A stretch of DNA of 64,000 bases from Sphingomonadaceae bacterium (lineage in GTDB: Bacteria > Chloroflexota > UBA6077): contig JBLNDL010000011.1 in the NCBI GenBank assembly GCA_050261575.1, positions 1,345-65,344 of the forward strand, written 5' to 3'. The stretch's first letter is position 1. Each line of letters begins with the position of its first letter. The notes beneath the pieces are model-generated. The model ran no database searches and was not told the DNA's origin. It worked only from the letters and a program-made list of their open reading frames with translations. Positions 47,430-58,121 of this stretch are shown piece by piece. The position numbers and the translations under genes are program-made.

Positions 47430-48386
47430 GTGACCCGAATCTCCATCATCATAGTCAGTTGGAACACCAAGCGGCTGCTCGAGCGCTGCCTCGAATCCGT
47501 ATTCGGGTCCGCCTGCGCCTGCGACCTCGAGGTGCTGGTGGTCGACAACGGCTCAAGCGACGGGAGCCCCGAGATGGTGGCCTCTCGTTTCCCGTCCGTC
47601 CATCTCGTGGCCGAGAGTGAGAACTTGGGCTTCGCGCGGGCCAACAACCTCGCCATGGATAGTGCCACCGGTGACTACCTGCTGTTCCTCAATCCAGACA
47701 CCGAGTTGCTCGGCACAGCTTTGGCCGAGATGGTGCGCTACGCCGAGGAACACCCCGACGTGGCAGTCGTAGGTCCCCAACTGCTCAACAGCGACGGCAG
47801 CCTCCAGTCTTCCCGCCGAAGGTTCCCAACCCGGGCCTCCGCTTTCCTGGAGAGCACCGTCCTCCAGCGATGGCTCCCAACCCATCCCGCGCTTCGCCAC
47901 CTCTACGCCCTGGATGCAGCCGACGACCAGATCCAGGAGGTGGATTGGGTGGTCGGGGCAGGGTTCCTGGTCAACGCTCAGGCGGCCCGTCAGGTTGGCA
48001 AGATGGACGAGGGGTACTTCATGTACTCGGAGGAGTTGGACTGGTGCCGGCGATTCAAGGCGGCGGGGTGGAAGGTGGTCTACCTCCCGACCGCCAAGCT
48101 GGTCCACCACGGTGGCCAGAGCAGTGGGCAGGACCTGCTCCACAGGCACATCCGATTCCAGCACAGCAAGTGCCGCTACTTCGAAAAGTACCACGGCCGA
48201 TCCTTCGCGCAGCTCTTGCGCGTCTTCCTGCTGGCCAACTATCTGTTCCTGTTGGCCGAGGACCTGGCCAAGCTGCTGCTGCTCCGGAGGAATCGCTCCA
48301 TGCGGCGGCGGCGCATCGGGACACTGGCGAGAGTGGTGGCCTGGCAGATCCGGTGGGTCGCGCGCTGGGGCGCGGTGACTCCGTGA
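47430..48386 (+). CDS. Glycosyltransferase family 2.
   Basis: ISIIIVSWNTKRLL ... VVDNGSSDGS ... DxD-type region typical of GT2. Confidence 0.75.
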   Translation: MTRISIIIVSWNTKRLLERCLESVFGSACACDLEVLVVDNGSSDGSPEMVASRFPSVHLVAESENLGFARANNLAMDSATGDYLLFLNPDTELLGTALAEMVRYAEEHPDVAVVGPQLLNSDGSLQSSRRRFPTRASAFLESTVLQRWLPTHPALRHLYALDAADDQIQEVDWVVGAGFLVNAQAARQVGKMDEGYFMYSEELDWCRRFKAAGWKVVYLPTAKLVHHGGQSSGQDLLHRHIRFQHSKCRYFEKYHGRSFAQLLRVFLLANYLFLLAEDLAKLLLLRRNRSMRRRRIGTLARVVAWQIRWVARWGAVTP

Positions 48387-48403
48387 GAGGGGAGGGAACC
48401 GCG

Positions 48404-49609
48404 GTGGGTGACGGGCCGCGCGTGCTGATGGTCACAGGCGAGTTTCCCCCGCGCCAGGGTGGGGTCGGCGACTACACCGCCATTCTCTCGAACCACCTCG
48501 CCTGCTCCGGGGCTCGCGTAGCCGTGCTGACTCGGGGGGATCGCGGACGGCTCGGTGCCGAGGTCGATTCGGACGAGGTCGCGGTCTATCGCTCGGTCCA
48601 GGGGTGGGGCTTCGCCTCCTGGCCTACGATAGCCTCGACTGCACGCGCTACCGGATCGCAGATCGTCCACATCCAGTACCAGGCGGCCGCCTACTCCATG
48701 CACCCGGCCTCCAACCTGCTGCCCGGCTACCTGAGGCTCAGGCTTCCCGGCATCAAGGTGGTGACCACCTTCCACGACCTGCGGGTCCCGTACCTGTTCC
48801 CGAAGGCGGGCCGTCTAAGACCCGCGGCCGTCCACGCACTCGACCGGCTGAGCCATGCATCCGTCCTGACCAATCAGGCGGACCTGGCCAGCCTGGGTGG
48901 TCCTACCGGCAGGGGCTCGCTCCGCGTCAAGCGGTGGCTGATCCCCATCGGCAGCAACATCGCCTGCGCCCCACCCGCCGATTTCGACCGGCAGCGCTGG
49001 CGGAGGCAGATCGGCGCCGACGATGACACCCTGGTGGTCTCCTACTTCGGCTTCATGAATGACACGAAGGGGGTGGAGTACCTGATCCAGGCGCTGGGGC
49101 TGCTTGCCGGACGGGGCTGTCGCCTGCGGCTACTGATCGTAGGGGGAGAGGCGGGCGAAACGGACTCCACCAACCGCAGCTACTCGCAGCAGATCGTTCG
49201 GCTCATCAAGTCTCGTCGGCTGGAAGATCGGGTCTACTGGACGGGATTCGTCTCGGGAGAGCAGGTCTCGGCCGCCATCCTATCGTCCGACGTCTGCGCA
49301 CTGCCTTTCCGTGATGGCGCCTCCGCTCGCCGAGGCAGTCTGCTGGCGGCTCTGACCCACAGGCTGCCCATCGTTACCACCCGGCCGGTAACCCCCGAAC
49401 CGCTGCTGGTGGACGGCAGCAACGTGATCATGGTAGAAAGGGACAGCCCCACGGCCCTGGCCGACGCCATCGAGTTCCTGTGGCTCCACCCAGACCTGCG
49501 CAACCGGTTGTCCGAGGGCGCAGGTCTCCTCTCCAGGCAGTTCGAGTGGACGGGCATCGCGGCGCGCCACATGGAGATGTACGAAACCGTGCTGGGCCGC
49601 AGACGTTGA
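48404..49609 (+). CDS. Glycosyltransferase family 1 (GT4-like).
   Basis: N-terminal VLMVTGEFPPRQGGVGDY and C-terminal GT1 EX7E-type region. GTG start behind GAGGGGAGGG RBS. The long ORF upstream is a shadow frame over the GT2 gene. Confidence 0.7.
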   Translation: MGDGPRVLMVTGEFPPRQGGVGDYTAILSNHLACSGARVAVLTRGDRGRLGAEVDSDEVAVYRSVQGWGFASWPTIASTARATGSQIVHIQYQAAAYSMHPASNLLPGYLRLRLPGIKVVTTFHDLRVPYLFPKAGRLRPAAVHALDRLSHASVLTNQADLASLGGPTGRGSLRVKRWLIPIGSNIACAPPADFDRQRWRRQIGADDDTLVVSYFGFMNDTKGVEYLIQALGLLAGRGCRLRLLIVGGEAGETDSTNRSYSQQIVRLIKSRRLEDRVYWTGFVSGEQVSAAILSSDVCALPFRDGASARRGSLLAALTHRLPIVTTRPVTPEPLLVDGSNVIMVERDSPTALADAIEFLWLHPDLRNRLSEGAGLLSRQFEWTGIAARHMEMYETVLGRRR

Positions 49610-49629
49610 AACAGACGAGGATTCGGGTA

Positions 49630-52098
49630 TTGGATAAGACCGCAGCTTCCAGTCGCCGGCCCACGGCGCTCGCCAACTTCAGGCTCTCCACTCCAGCCAT
49701 CTTGAGCGCCCTCGCCCTTGCCGCTCTCGCCCTTCGCCTTCCGGGGCTGGGCGAGAGAAGCCTCTGGGTGGACGAGGCCATGAGTGTCGTCTTCGCCGCA
49801 AAACCTCTACCTGAGCTGTTCCAGCTCCTGGTGACCGAGGACATCCACCCCCCCCTCTATCCGTTGCTGCTTCACTACTGGATGGCGGTGGCCGGAGACG
49901 GCGAGTTCGCGGTGAGGCTGCCATCGGTCTTCTTCGGGGTTCTCCTCGTGCCCCTGCTCTACCTGACGGGCAGGCGGCTGGAAGCGATGGCCGATCCGAA
50001 GGGGTCCACCAGGATCAGCGCCGTGGGGCTGGTAGGCGCCCTCATCGGCATCACGTCGGCCTTCTACATCGGCTACTCCCAGGAGGCCCGCAACTACATG
50101 GCGGTTACCTTCATGGGAATGCTTTCCTCCCACCTCCTCCTCGTGGCGACGGCCAACCGCCGCCGGAGGGACTGGGCGGCCTACGCCCTGGCGACGGTGG
50201 GAGCCATCTACACCCACTACACCGCCTCTCTGCTACTGGCCTTCCACCTGCTGTTCGTCCTGCTCAGCGGCAGATCCTGCCGCGGGCTGAGGAAGGGATG
50301 GATCCTCTCCATCCTCGCGGTGGGGCTCGCCTATCTCCCCTGGCTCAGCTACTCCATAGCCCAAATGAAGAGGATCAGCGACTACTGGCCCGGCAACCTG
50401 CAGGTGGAGGCGGCAGTCCAGACCTCTCTGCTGCTGTTCATCGCAGGGGGCGGTGTAGGCTCCCAGGGTTCTAACCTGCTTATGGGGATGGGGGCGGCGC
50501 TCCTGGCCCTCGGCCTCCTGGCCCTGCTGCTCGGAACCTTCCGCAGGCCGTCCCGGCACACACTCTTCCTGCTTCTCTATCTGCTGGTCCCCTCCACGCT
50601 CCTCTTCGCCGTGGCCTACTACCGTCCGAAGTACGACCCAAGGTACCTGCTGGTCGTCACGCCGGCCTTCTACCTCACCCTCGCGTGGGGCGTCGCCTCC
50701 TTGCTCCGCGCCGCGACCTCGCGCCGGATTCCCCTTCCTCTCCGAATCCTGTCGCCCAGCCTCGGCGTGGCCGCCCTCGCGGCGATCGTCGCCGCCTCCG
50801 CCATCTATGGGAAGCCGGAGCAACTGACGCACGTGGGAGACGGCAAGACCGGCGTCCAGCAGTACGGCGACTACAGGTCGCTGGTGGCCTACCTGGAGAG
50901 CCGCTCCCAGCCCGGCGATGGCGTGGTGCTGATGATGAACACCTACCATCCCTACGCCTACTACAGCAAGCTCGGCATCCCTTGGTACCCCATGGAGCCC
51001 TTCGACGACTTCGACGGGGCCATCATCCGCCTGAATCGGATGGCGGAGCAGCACCAACGGCTGTGGTTCATCCTGTGGCAGAAGGAGTGGGCCGATCCGG
51101 CCGACTACGTGATGCACGTGATGGAGGAGCAGTCCCAGGAAATCCCGCTGGACGCCTCCTTCGGAGGCATCGGGCTGCGGCTGTTCCAACTGACGCCAGG
51201 GAAGCGGTTCAGCTACTACCCAGAGGTGGAACACAAGAAGGAGGCGCTCTTCGGCGGACGGCTTCTGGAGTTCTGGGGCTGGAATGCCTCGAGCCTCACT
51301 GTCCGGGCCGGCGACTCGGTCCGCTTCGACCTGCACTGGAGGCCCTTCGGCCCGACCAACGCCAAGGTGAAGACCAAGATCTTCCTCATGGATAAGGAAC
51401 TCCGCCAGTGGGCGGTGGTGGACGAACTGATGATGACCCCCTTCTACCCGCCGTCCCGATGGAAGGAGATGGACATTCTCCACGATCGGCACATCCTCTC
51501 GGTACCGGTGGGCACCCCGCCGGGGAGCTACGACATCCAACTGCTGCTGTACGACGAAAACACCATGACGGACATGCCCATCGAGCGATGGTCGGGCGAG
51601 GGGATGGGCACCCTCCTCAATCTCGGGAAGATGGAGGTCACCCCAACGCCAGCGGAATCCTTCCCGCCCGCGAATCAGCCGGCCATCGCAAGCTGGGAGC
51701 TTGGCGGCGGCGCCGTCGAGCTTCTCAGCGCCAAGCTCGACCAAACGACGCTGAAGCCCGGGGGCAGGACGGATCTGGAGCTGCTGTGGCGGGCTCCCGC
51801 CAGCGGAGACGGGAGCCACACCCTCAGAGTAGCCTTCCTGGACGACCGCGGGAACCCGATCAACGAGCAGGTGATGCCACTCGTGGATGGCTATCCGACC
51901 TCCCGTTGGCGCGCAGGGGAGCCCGTCCGCTCGAAGCACTGGCTGACTGCCTCGCCTCCCCCCGAGTCGGGCCACTACGGTGTTGCTGTGGCAGTGTCCG
52001 ACAGTCGGCAGAAGGAGGTGTCTGCCCTCCAGTACACGCAGGTTGGCCGGCTACAGATCGACGTGCCGAAGACAACTACCCCCGGCTCGAACCGCTGA
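49630..52098 (+). CDS. GT-C fold membrane glycosyltransferase (ArnT/PMT/GT39-83-like) with a large C-terminal soluble domain.
   Basis: TM1 followed by the loop-1 DE motif (SLWVDEAMSVV). Multiple TM helices over about 500 aa, then a roughly 370-aa C-terminal domain. Start codon (TTG at 49630) uncertain. Confidence 0.6.
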   Translation: MDKTAASSRRPTALANFRLSTPAILSALALAALALRLPGLGERSLWVDEAMSVVFAAKPLPELFQLLVTEDIHPPLYPLLLHYWMAVAGDGEFAVRLPSVFFGVLLVPLLYLTGRRLEAMADPKGSTRISAVGLVGALIGITSAFYIGYSQEARNYMAVTFMGMLSSHLLLVATANRRRRDWAAYALATVGAIYTHYTASLLLAFHLLFVLLSGRSCRGLRKGWILSILAVGLAYLPWLSYSIAQMKRISDYWPGNLQVEAAVQTSLLLFIAGGGVGSQGSNLLMGMGAALLALGLLALLLGTFRRPSRHTLFLLLYLLVPSTLLFAVAYYRPKYDPRYLLVVTPAFYLTLAWGVASLLRAATSRRIPLPLRILSPSLGVAALAAIVAASAIYGKPEQLTHVGDGKTGVQQYGDYRSLVAYLESRSQPGDGVVLMMNTYHPYAYYSKLGIPWYPMEPFDDFDGAIIRLNRMAEQHQRLWFILWQKEWADPADYVMHVMEEQSQEIPLDASFGGIGLRLFQLTPGKRFSYYPEVEHKKEALFGGRLLEFWGWNASSLTVRAGDSVRFDLHWRPFGPTNAKVKTKIFLMDKELRQWAVVDELMMTPFYPPSRWKEMDILHDRHILSVPVGTPPGSYDIQLLLYDENTMTDMPIERWSGEGMGTLLNLGKMEVTPTPAESFPPANQPAIASWELGGGAVELLSAKLDQTTLKPGGRTDLELLWRAPASGDGSHTLRVAFLDDRGNPINEQVMPLVDGYPTSRWRAGEPVRSKHWLTASPPPESGHYGVAVAVSDSRQKEVSALQYTQVGRLQIDVPKTTTPGSNR

Positions 52099-52327
52099 AC
52101 GGTGCATCGGGCAGGGGCGTGAGGCATCGGATTGTGGCACCGAGTGCTGCAAGCCGCCGACCGGATCGGCTGGCGAGCGCACGATGAGGCCCGAAGGGCT
52201 CCGCATGCCCCTAACCTAGTGGCATGCGGATGAATCGACTGACCACTGGGAGGACACTCTGAGCCAGCTACTCGCCGCGACCCTTCGCAGGGCTCCGCTG
52301 GGCACATGGGGCGGAGCGTCGCTCGCA

Positions 52328-53671
52328 TTGCTCGTGGGCGCCCTTCTGGCGCTGGGAGTGATCTACTGGGACCCAGCTCAGATGGGCTGGGCGATCTTCG
52401 TCCTCGGGCTCTCCTCTGCCATACTGAAATGGCCCCAGGTCGGCCTGCTGGCTTTCGTCGCAGTGGCGAACCTCCTCCCGTTCGCCGTCGTCCCCATCAG
52501 GGTAGTCTACAGCTTCACCCTAGTCGACATCACACTCTCGGTGCTGCTGGTTTCCTGGTTGCTGCGAGTCCTCACGAGGGAGTGGTCGCTCGAGGGAAGC
52601 GTCCTGGACGGCTTTCTACTGCTGTACCTGGGGCTCGCGGTCGTCTCATTCGTCCTGGGACTCACCTACTCCATCTCGCCCGAGAGGGTCCGGCTCTTCC
52701 TCAAGAGCATCAACAGCACCCTGCTCTTTTTCAGCGTGATCAACTGCGTTCGATCCACCGAGACCCTTCGCCGCGTGCTGTCCGCCCTCCTGGTGGGAGG
52801 CCTGCTCGCTTCCGCGGCCGCCCTGGTTTTGCTCTACCTTCCGGCGCCTACCGCCGAGCGGTTGCTCTCGTCCCTCGGCCCTTTGGGCTACCCCACCGGC
52901 CCCAACGTCCTGAGGCCCATCGCCGACACCGAGATTCTCAGGGCCATCGGCACGTCAGTCGACCCCAACGTGCTGGGAGGGCTGCTGATGATGGCCTCCG
53001 CACTCCTGCTCGCCCAGGCCCTGTCACCCAGTCCGGTCCTGGACCGGCGGCTCCTGTGGCTCGCGCTCGCGCCGATGGTCGCGGCGCTTCTGCTCACCCA
53101 CTCCCGCAGCGCCCTCGGTGGGTTCGTCGTTGCGGCCTCACTGGTCGGCGTCCTGCGGGACCGCCGCGCGCTGATCCTCCTCCTTGTGGCGGCCGTCGCC
53201 CTGCCCTTCATCCCGCAGGCACAGGTGCTGCTAGGCAGGCTCCAGTCCGGCTTGGCCTTCCAGGATCGGGCAGCCCTCATGCGACTCGACGAGTACCGGA
53301 ACGCGCTGAACACCATCGCCACCTACCCCTGGTTCGGAATCGGCTTCGGCGAGACCCCATCCATCGACCTGTTCCTGGGGGTATCCAGCATCTACCTCCT
53401 GATCGGGCAGGAGATGGGGCTGGTCGGGATGACGGCCTTCTTGCTGGTGATCGGAGCGGCGGCATGGCAGATCGTGGCGGGGCTGGCCACCGCACCCAGC
53501 GAGGAGAGCCGAGGGTTGCTGCTCAGCCTGTCCGCGCCCCTGCTGGCCGCAGCCTCGGCCGGCCTGCTGGATCACTATTATGTCAATATCGTCTTTCCAC
53601 ACATGGTCGGGCTGTTCTGGCTCTACGTCGGGCTCGCGATGGTGGCGGTGAGACTGCAAACAAAGACTTAG
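52328..53671 (+). CDS. O-antigen ligase / Wzy_C family polytopic membrane protein.
   Basis: About 12 TM helices with a large loop containing an HSRSALGG-type segment. Confidence 0.6.
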   Translation: MLVGALLALGVIYWDPAQMGWAIFVLGLSSAILKWPQVGLLAFVAVANLLPFAVVPIRVVYSFTLVDITLSVLLVSWLLRVLTREWSLEGSVLDGFLLLYLGLAVVSFVLGLTYSISPERVRLFLKSINSTLLFFSVINCVRSTETLRRVLSALLVGGLLASAAALVLLYLPAPTAERLLSSLGPLGYPTGPNVLRPIADTEILRAIGTSVDPNVLGGLLMMASALLLAQALSPSPVLDRRLLWLALAPMVAALLLTHSRSALGGFVVAASLVGVLRDRRALILLLVAAVALPFIPQAQVLLGRLQSGLAFQDRAALMRLDEYRNALNTIATYPWFGIGFGETPSIDLFLGVSSIYLLIGQEMGLVGMTAFLLVIGAAAWQIVAGLATAPSEESRGLLLSLSAPLLAAASAGLLDHYYVNIVFPHMVGLFWLYVGLAMVAVRLQTKT

Positions 53672-53758
53672 GGGCGGGTCTCAGACCCGCCCCTGCAACG
53701 GTCTTCGATCTCTGAATGCGCGGCGCGGCACCCCGCAGCGCGTCCAATAAGAGTGCGG

Positions 53759-55435
53759 CTACAGCAGTTCCTCCGGCACCCGCAGCACAGCCCCGGTCGA
53801 AGCCGAGGTCACCATCGCCGCGTAACGAGCGAGGTAGCCGGTCCTCGCCTTGGGTGCCGGCTTCTTCCATTCGGCCCGACGCCTCGCCAACTCCTCGTCG
53901 GACACCTTCAGCTCCAGCCGCTTATTCGGAATGTCGATCTCGATGACGTCGCCGGTCCGAACGAGGGCGATGGGGCCACCCTCGGCAGCCTCGGGCGAGA
54001 TGTGGCCGATGGCGGCACCGCGGCTGGCGCCGGAGAAGCGTCCGTCGGTGATCAGGGCTACGTCCTTGTCCAGCCCCAGTCCGGCGATGGTCGCGGTCGG
54101 AACCAGCATCTCCCTCATCCCGGGTCCACCTTTGGGACCCTCGTAGCGGATCACCACCACGTCGCCCTTCTGGAGCTTCCTGGCCATCATGTCGGCGAAG
54201 GCATCCTCCTCGGAGTCGTACACCTTCGCTACGCCCTGCCGCTGCAGCATCGAGGGGTCGACGGCGGCCGCCTTCACCACAGCCCCCTGCGGCGCAAGGT
54301 TGCCGAAGAGGATGGCGATGCCGCCCTCGGGCCTGTAGGGCTCCTCCACCGGCTTGATCACCGCGCGATCCAACACCTCCACCCTCTCAAGGTTCTCGCC
54401 CACCGTCTGGCCAGTGACGGAGAGGACATCCTTGTGGATCAGTCCCTTCCGGCTCAACTCCTTCATCACCGCCTGGATCCCACCGGCCTCGTCCAGGTCC
54501 ACCAAGAAGTGCTTGCCGGCCGGACTCATGGAGCATATGTAGGGGGTCTGCTTGCTGATCCTGTCGAAGGTCGCCAACTCCAGCTTGACGCCCGCCTCGT
54601 GCGCGATAGCCGGCAGGTGAAGCACGGTGTTGGTGGAGCCACCCAGCGCCACGTCCACGGCCACCGCGTTCTCGAAAGCCTCCCGGGTGAGGATGTCCCG
54701 AGGCTTGATGTCCTTCTCCAGCAGCTCCATGATCCTGGCCCCGGCACGCTTCGCCAGTCGTAGCCGCCGCGCATCCACGGCGGGGATCGTGCCGTTGCCG
54801 GGCAGGGCCAGCCCCAACGCCTCGGCCATGCAGTTCATGGTGTTGGCGGTGAACATGCCTGCGCAGGAGCCACAGCCGGGGCAGCCTCGCTCCTCCAGGC
54901 CCTCCATGTCCTCCGCGCTGATCGCCCCCGCGATGTACTTGCCCGTCACCTCGAACACGGTCGACACGTCGGCCTTCTTGCCCCTCACTACACCGGGAAG
55001 CATCGGGCCGCCGCTCACGACGATGGACGGAATGTTCAGCCGCGCCGCGGCCATCAGCATAGCGGGGGTGATCTTGTCGCAGTTGGTGATGAGCACCAGG
55101 GCGTCGAACTGGTGCCCGATGGCCATGGACTCCACCGAGTCGCAGATCAGCTCGCGGCTCGGGAGGAGGTAGCGCATCCCCACATGGCCCATTGCGATGC
55201 CGTCGTCCATGGCGATGGTGGAGAACTCCACCGGTGTGCCCCCCGCCGAGCGGATCCCCTCCTTCACCGCCCTCGCAATAGAGTCTAGATGGAAGTGGCC
55301 GGGTACGACTTCGTTCTGGGTGTTGACCACACCGATCAGCGGCCTGTCCAACTCCTCGGGCGTGTACCCCATCGCGTAGAAGAGCGAGCGGTGCGCCGCT
55401 CTGGCTGGTCCCTTCTTGACTTCATCGCTTCTCAC
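53759..55435 (-). CDS. ilvD: Dihydroxy-acid dehydratase.
   Basis: IlvD/EDD signatures ([27 protein letters not shown]; [10 protein letters not shown]; 2Fe-2S Cys ligands). Confidence 0.9.
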   Translation of the reverse strand: MRSDEVKKGPARAAHRSLFYAMGYTPEELDRPLIGVVNTQNEVVPGHFHLDSIARAVKEGIRSAGGTPVEFSTIAMDDGIAMGHVGMRYLLPSRELICDSVESMAIGHQFDALVLITNCDKITPAMLMAAARLNIPSIVVSGGPMLPGVVRGKKADVSTVFEVTGKYIAGAISAEDMEGLEERGCPGCGSCAGMFTANTMNCMAEALGLALPGNGTIPAVDARRLRLAKRAGARIMELLEKDIKPRDILTREAFENAVAVDVALGGSTNTVLHLPAIAHEAGVKLELATFDRISKQTPYICSMSPAGKHFLVDLDEAGGIQAVMKELSRKGLIHKDVLSVTGQTVGENLERVEVLDRAVIKPVEEPYRPEGGIAILFGNLAPQGAVVKAAAVDPSMLQRQGVAKVYDSEEDAFADMMARKLQKGDVVVIRYEGPKGGPGMREMLVPTATIAGLGLDKDVALITDGRFSGASRGAAIGHISPEAAEGGPIALVRTGDVIEIDIPNKRLELKVSDEELARRRAEWKKPAPKARTGYLARYAAMVTSASTGAVLRVPEELL

Positions 55436-55450
55436 CGGCGGTGTCCCCCC

Positions 55451-56161
55451 TTATCTCTTGAGCTTCGCCGTTACTATCAGGCGCTGAGAGTACTGGCGTT
55501 CGGCGGGGATCCATTCCCCAGCGCAGGTAATCAGGGTAGCGGTAGCATCCGGCGTCGGGTCCATGACGCTTACGTCGGTGGGCTCCACCAGCCGCACCTC
55601 CGTAACGACGTAACGGTACTCGTCCTCCTCGGAGTAGAGGATCACCTCATCCCCCACGTTGACTTTGTACAGGTCGCGGAAGACGTTGCCCGCGTTGCGG
55701 CTGGTGACGTGGCCCGAGAAGACCGCGTTGCCTTCCTCCCCGGCTTTGGCGGTCATCTTGTAGTGCGCTACCACGAAGGGCAGCGTTTCGTACAGGAGTT
55801 GGCCGTTCTCCCAATAGGTGCCAGCCTGCTTCACCTGGGAATCGACCTCTATGCTGGGAATCACCACTCGAACGGGAATGCCGGGCTTGACCGGAACGGG
55901 AGTCGCCGTGAGCACAGGCATCTCGGTGGGCTCCACGGTCGCCATCCCAGCGGGCATCGCATCTGGGGTCTCTCCCCGCTGAGCGGACGACGCTCCGCCC
56001 GGCAGGGCATCTGTACCTGTCGTACCACCTGCCAATGCCACCGGTTGGGGCAGGACGCGCCCGCCGTCCACCTGGCCGGAAAAGTAGGTCACCCCAGCCA
56101 GCAGCAGACTGACCACACCCGCCAGCAACAGGAAGTTGCCGATCAGCCGATGCCTGTTCAC
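55451..56161 (-). CDS. Sortase-family transpeptidase (class E/F-like).
   Basis: N-terminal membrane anchor, Pro-rich linker, catalytic TLITC motif with preceding His (VFSGHVT). Confidence 0.7.
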   Translation of the reverse strand: MNRHRLIGNFLLLAGVVSLLLAGVTYFSGQVDGGRVLPQPVALAGGTTGTDALPGGASSAQRGETPDAMPAGMATVEPTEMPVLTATPVPVKPGIPVRVVIPSIEVDSQVKQAGTYWENGQLLYETLPFVVAHYKMTAKAGEEGNAVFSGHVTSRNAGNVFRDLYKVNVGDEVILYSEEDEYRYVVTEVRLVEPTDVSVMDPTPDATATLITCAGEWIPAERQYSQRLIVTAKLKR

Positions 56162-56278
56162 CTGCTGCCTCGCTCGAGATGGGGGCTCGCCACCACGCCA
56201 ACTGCATCAGAGCCGGACGATTCGTCCGGCCCTGAGAACTCACCGACCCTGATTGACTCCCCCAAGGGAAACCCGCAA

Positions 56279-56878
56279 CTACTCCTTCTCCTCCCTGATG
56301 GCGTAGTCGTCCACCACGTCGACCACACCCAAACGCCTGAGGCCGTCATCGCGCTGCAGCGTCTCGCTCATCAGGTGGAGCAACTGCTCGATCTTCTTCT
56401 CGACGAGGGCCTCCACCTCGGGCCCGGTGGCCGCCCGCATCTGGCTGGACTTCTCCAGGGCAGCCCTCACCCGCATCAGGAACAGCCCGATGTCGAAGGG
56501 CTTCGTGATGTAATCGAAGCAACCCATGCGCCAGCCCTTCAACTGATCCGTGTAGCTGCTCAGCGCCGTCAAGAACACAATAGGGATGTCCCGCGTCTTC
56601 TCGTCGGTCAGCATCCGGCTGGCGACTTCCCAGCCATCCATGACTGGCATGAGCACGTCTAGCACCACCAGGTCGAAGGGCTTCTGGCGCACCAGCTTCA
56701 CTGCCTCTTCGCCGTTCTGGGCCATCTCGACCTGGTAGCCCTCCTCCACGAGCAGTGTCCCGACCATATGCCGGATCGCGTCGTCGTCGTCAACTACCAG
56801 TATCGATTTCGACTCTCGTTCCAAGGTTCCGTCCCCCCATCGAGTTCCGGTCCGCTGCGAGTGGTGAGATGATAACAC
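56279..56878 (-). CDS. Response regulator (REC domain plus short helical C-terminal extension, no DNA-binding domain recognised).
   Basis: ILVVDDDDAIRHMVGTLLVEEGYQVEMAQNGEEAVKL ... DLVVLDVLMPVMDG. An alternative TTG start at 56824 is possible. Confidence 0.65.
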   Translation of the reverse strand: MLSSHHSQRTGTRWGDGTLERESKSILVVDDDDAIRHMVGTLLVEEGYQVEMAQNGEEAVKLVRQKPFDLVVLDVLMPVMDGWEVASRMLTDEKTRDIPIVFLTALSSYTDQLKGWRMGCFDYITKPFDIGLFLMRVRAALEKSSQMRAATGPEVEALVEKKIEQLLHLMSETLQRDDGLRRLGVVDVVDDYAIREEKE

Positions 56879-56903
56879 CCGCGTAACGGAGAGGCAAGGG
56901 AGA

Positions 56904-58121
56904 CTACGGTAGCTTGCCCTTGATATAGTTGTACGAGGCCCTCGTCGTCCCGTTGGGCTCGGTTAGCGCCCAGTAGAACTGCTCGTCCTTCTCCGTCCAG
57001 TGCGGAGCGGAGATGTAGATTGTGCTCATCATTCCGATCCAGGGCGCCCAGTTCTTCTGCGCGTACTGATAGGCCCGCACGATGTACTCGCCCTTTTCCT
57101 TCTCGCTCACCGCATGCCAGGCGTATGGCGAGCCGGGGCGGTTGTCCGTGGTCCAGCCCATCTCCAACACCATCACCTGCTTCTTCTCGTCACCGTTCTG
57201 CACCATGATCCGGCGAAGGTCCTCGACCCTGCGGAACCCGAAGAAGCGCTGCCCGCCGTACTCCTTCTTCGAGGCGATCTCGTCGGGGCTCATCTCCGGC
57301 GGAGCCTTGAACCCGGCGGCGTGGACACCCAGAACGTCGAAGTAATCCTTGGCTCCGGCCTTGTACATCTCCTCCAGGAAGACGTCGTCCGGCCGCGCCT
57401 CCGCAGAGGTGGTACCGGTGGGAGAGAGGCCGGCAGTCACGATCATGGCGCTGGGATCCGCCTTCTTGGCCGCCTGGTAGGCGACCTTCAGCATCTGGAC
57501 GTACTCGGCGGCGTTGGGGGCCTTGCCGCCCCACTCCCTAGCGAGGTTGGGCTCGTTCCAGATCTCGTAGGCGTGGATCTGGCCGTACTGAGACCCTGGC
57601 TTGTACCGGCTCACCAGTGCGTAGATGAAGTCGCCGAAGTCCTCCATGTTCTTGGGAGGTGTGTTGCTCGTGGTACCCGCCTTCGCCCAGTCGGGGGAGA
57701 AGTCGATGCGCGCCACCAGCTTCAGGCCATAGTTGTTCGCGGCCTTCACCAGTCTGTCGGGCTCGTTCCACAAGAACTTGCCTTTCCCGTCTCGCTCGAT
57801 GTAGTTCCACTGGAACATCTGCTTGACCCAGGTGAATCCGGCGTCCTTTGCCAACTGGAGGTCGCGACCTATGTCGGCAACGCCCCACATGAAGAGCTGC
57901 ACCCCCGCCTCTGGGCTCTTCATCCGCGCTACGGCAGAGGAGGAAGGAGCGGAAGTGGCTGCAGCGGGTGGGGCGGGAGTGGGATTCGAGGCGCCCGCCA
58001 CGCTGGTAGCCGACGCCTTAGGTGCCGAGGTGGCCGTCGGGGTGGACGCCGAACCGGAGCAGGCCACGGCCGATGTCAGCAGGGCGGAGAGCGCAAGAAT
58101 CGCCAGCGATCTGACCTTCAT
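56904..58121 (-). CDS. Lipoprotein glycoside hydrolase family 5-like.
   Basis: Lipobox LLTSAVAC. Ala/Ser/Thr/Pro linker. GH5 catalytic EIWNEPN motif and second Glu region (VLEMGW). Confidence 0.7.
   Translation of the reverse strand: MKVRSLAILALSALLTSAVACSGSASTPTATSAPKASATSVAGASNPTPAPPAAATSAPSSSAVARMKSPEAGVQLFMWGVADIGRDLQLAKDAGFTWVKQMFQWNYIERDGKGKFLWNEPDRLVKAANNYGLKLVARIDFSPDWAKAGTTSNTPPKNMEDFGDFIYALVSRYKPGSQYGQIHAYEIWNEPNLAREWGGKAPNAAEYVQMLKVAYQAAKKADPSAMIVTAGLSPTGTTSAEARPDDVFLEEMYKAGAKDYFDVLGVHAAGFKAPPEMSPDEIASKKEYGGQRFFGFRRVEDLRRIMVQNGDEKKQVMVLEMGWTTDNRPGSPYAWHAVSEKEKGEYIVRAYQYAQKNWAPWIGMMSTIYISAPHWTEKDEQFYWALTEPNGTTRASYNYIKGKLP

Noticed and set aside
50233-51975. 580-aa minus-strand ORF antisense to the GT-C glycosyltransferase
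   Set aside because: No TM or catalytic features. Antisense shadow of a membrane-protein gene.
52306-53715. 469-aa plus-strand alternative frame over the O-antigen-ligase-like gene
   Set aside because: The membrane-protein frame (52328..53671) has coherent TM helices. This frame is Arg/Pro/Gly-rich.
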